Assembly: GCF_964355755.1 (NCBI RefSeq)
Contig: NC_092679.1
Location: 4,990,201-5,054,200 of the forward strand
Source: Antedon mediterranea
Lineage: Eukaryota > Animalia > Echinodermata
DNA length: 64,000 bases
Direction of reading: 5' to 3'
Made by a program: the position numbers and the translations under genes. The notes under the pieces are model-generated. The model saw nothing but the letters and a program-made list of their open reading frames with translations. It made no database searches and was not told the origin of the DNA. This document shows positions 62,011 to 64,000 of this stretch, piece after piece. Each line of letters starts with the position of its first letter. Position 1 is the stretch's first letter.

Positions 62011-62793
62011 ATTTTAGTTTATGCAGATTATACGATGTTAACAAGCATACTGTATATCGTTTTTATAATTGTAACACGATTTGTTACGTTAAAATGAATA
62101 AATTAGTGAACTTGTAGGTTATAAATATTGAGTGTTATCATTTAATTTTATTGTTGTTCTCTGTTCCAATCTTTACTTTGTTTTTCAAATAATCGCAAAA
62201 TGTAATTGTTGCCGTTTTCCCCAAGGCTATATTTCGTTTACCTCTTTCGCAACTCTACAGCTCGGTTGGTCGGTTGGTAAACACAAACTCAAATTTGAGC
62301 ACGCAGCTGCAGTCATGTATATGGCCTTGTTTAGGTTAAAATAAAATGAATAAAAAACTGAAAATTAAAAAAAAAAACAATTTATATTATATACATACAA
62401 ACAAATTCGAAATAGTTTTAATTTTAAACTTTTCACTCAAGGCAAGATTTCCTTGTGCTTTAGGATAAAATAAAACGACTATAAAACTAAAAAGAAAAAA
62501 AATATTGCTTGCTCTCATGCCAAAACACTAGAATCCCGGAGAGTCAACAAAAATATTACATATAAAAATATTTCCTAATAAACAAATTAAAATGAGATGA
62601 TCTAGCAATTAAGATCATCCCGATTGATGAAATATTTAAGTAGTACTAATATTATCGTGACGGAATAAGTGAATTGTCGAGCTTAAAAACAAAACCAAAG
62701 CAGAAAAAAGTCACCGGCTATGCCATGTCTCGTCAAAATGTATGAAGAATTCAAAAGCATTTTAAAAACGCCCTTTGTACTTTAGTTGGTTCT

Positions 62794-62900
62794 CGAGGAC
62801 TTGCACGCAGAACTCGAGGACTTGCACGCACGCAATACGAGGACTTGCACGTACGCAATGCGAGGACTTGCACGTACGCAATGCGAGGACTTACGCGCAG
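62794..62900. repeat. 23-bp tandem repeat (cgaggacttgcacgtacgcaatg), about 5 units
   Basis: Directly visible tandem units. Confidence 0.85.
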
Positions 62901-63391
62901 CGCAAATAATTTGACCAATCACACGCAACAGTTCGGATAACCACTCGATCTTCAATAGTCAACTTACTTAATAAGTCATTGCGTTGTATCCCAGTGCGAA
63001 TAGGTTGAATTGAACATGTTTTCTTATAATTCTAATGCAAGCCTAGGACCTGCTTTGAATAGCTAATCAGCAACACGTTTTGCACTCGACGTGCCCTCCC
63101 TCAAACGATACGTGTTTCGTAAACATAGCTCTTACATGTTGCCAGTAAAAAGACAAGTGTGTCCAATAGTTCATAACTAATTTATTCGTCTTTTAATAAA
63201 ATCTTTAAAAAAAAGTGAACAAAAAAACCATTTCTTTTTCGAACTACTTTATTTTTCAACCAGTTCCTCATATCCATTTCTTTCCCATAACATATAATTC
63301 ACTGTCCCTTTAAACATATATATATCTTTCAATAATCAGCAACTCTAACCAAATCTATCTTTGATATATTATTATATTTGATATGACTTAA

Positions 63392-63699
63392 AGATGTATT
63401 GTTCCCCTGAAAAAATTTTGTTGTTGAATATTACATTGTAATGTAACATAAAAGTTATCCACTTTGACCAAAAATTGAATAGAAAAAATTAATGTATTTA
63501 CCTGAAAAAATGTAATTTAAAGCAAAAAATGGTCAAATTGAATATTATCATTTATTTTGTCATTTTATAAGTGAAAACATGATTTTTTTTCGTTTTTTTC
63601 TATTGATGTGATTAACTTTATTAAAACTACAAAATAACATATTCAAAATCTGATTTAATTAATCTTCATTTTTCATGTTTGTTGAGGGACAATACATCT
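63392..63699. mobile_element. MITE family A copy
   Basis: ttaa|agatgtattgttcccc ... gggacaatacatct. Confidence 0.85.
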
Positions 63700-63860
63700 T
63701 TGACATTTTTGTAGCAAACGGTCCCATAATTCACCGTTACTTGTTGTTTACACACTTGTGGTGCATTATATACAATTTGTGAACGTATAAACTTACCATA
63801 CGATAAACAACCAAACTGTGTAATCAGATTTAACATTAGTTTGATATAGATGAATGCTTA

Positions 63861-64000
63861 AGCTTGGTTCCCACTAGCGACGCAACGTAACGCACTATAC
63901 GCAACGTAAGAAAATGCCCTTCCAATCATTGTGTTTGCCCCCACCTGCGTGAAATCAAACCTGCGATTTTTACAGCACTATTGCGTCGTCGGTTCCCACT
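63861..64000. mobile_element. MITE family C copy, truncated by the window end
   Basis: agcttggttcccactagcgacgcaacg... matches 31135-31340. Confidence 0.85.

Overview
AT-rich, intron-rich eukaryotic DNA from an invertebrate animal. A marine deuterostome such as an echinoderm is my inference from gene and repeat style. Six protein-coding genes can be assembled by hand from splice sites and frame continuity: (1) the 5' part of a secreted MAM-domain protein (-, runs off the left edge); (2) a single-exon BTB-BACK/kelch-like gene (+); (3) POLA2 (+, 15 exons, about 599 aa), which has a U12-type minor intron and an E2F site; (4) an uncharacterised 19-exon gene of about 1117 aa (-) with two cadherin-like beta-sandwiches, a U-box-like module, two TRAF-type Zn fingers and TPRs; (5) a 28-exon single-pass polycystin/REJ-like receptor of about 2720 aa (-), with three large acidic Cys-spaced N-terminal repeats, CxGxC repeats, Ig/IPT-like domains, REJ, GPS and a tail with tandem YPxL/PSAP/PPY motifs; (6) RBM25 (+, 18 coding exons). 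Introns hold many MITEs, tRNA-derived SINEs, LINE remnants, nested insertions, minisatellites, and an inverted Penelope-like repeat pair carrying two minimal hammerhead ribozyme cores. All gene models are manual predictions with no transcript or database support.
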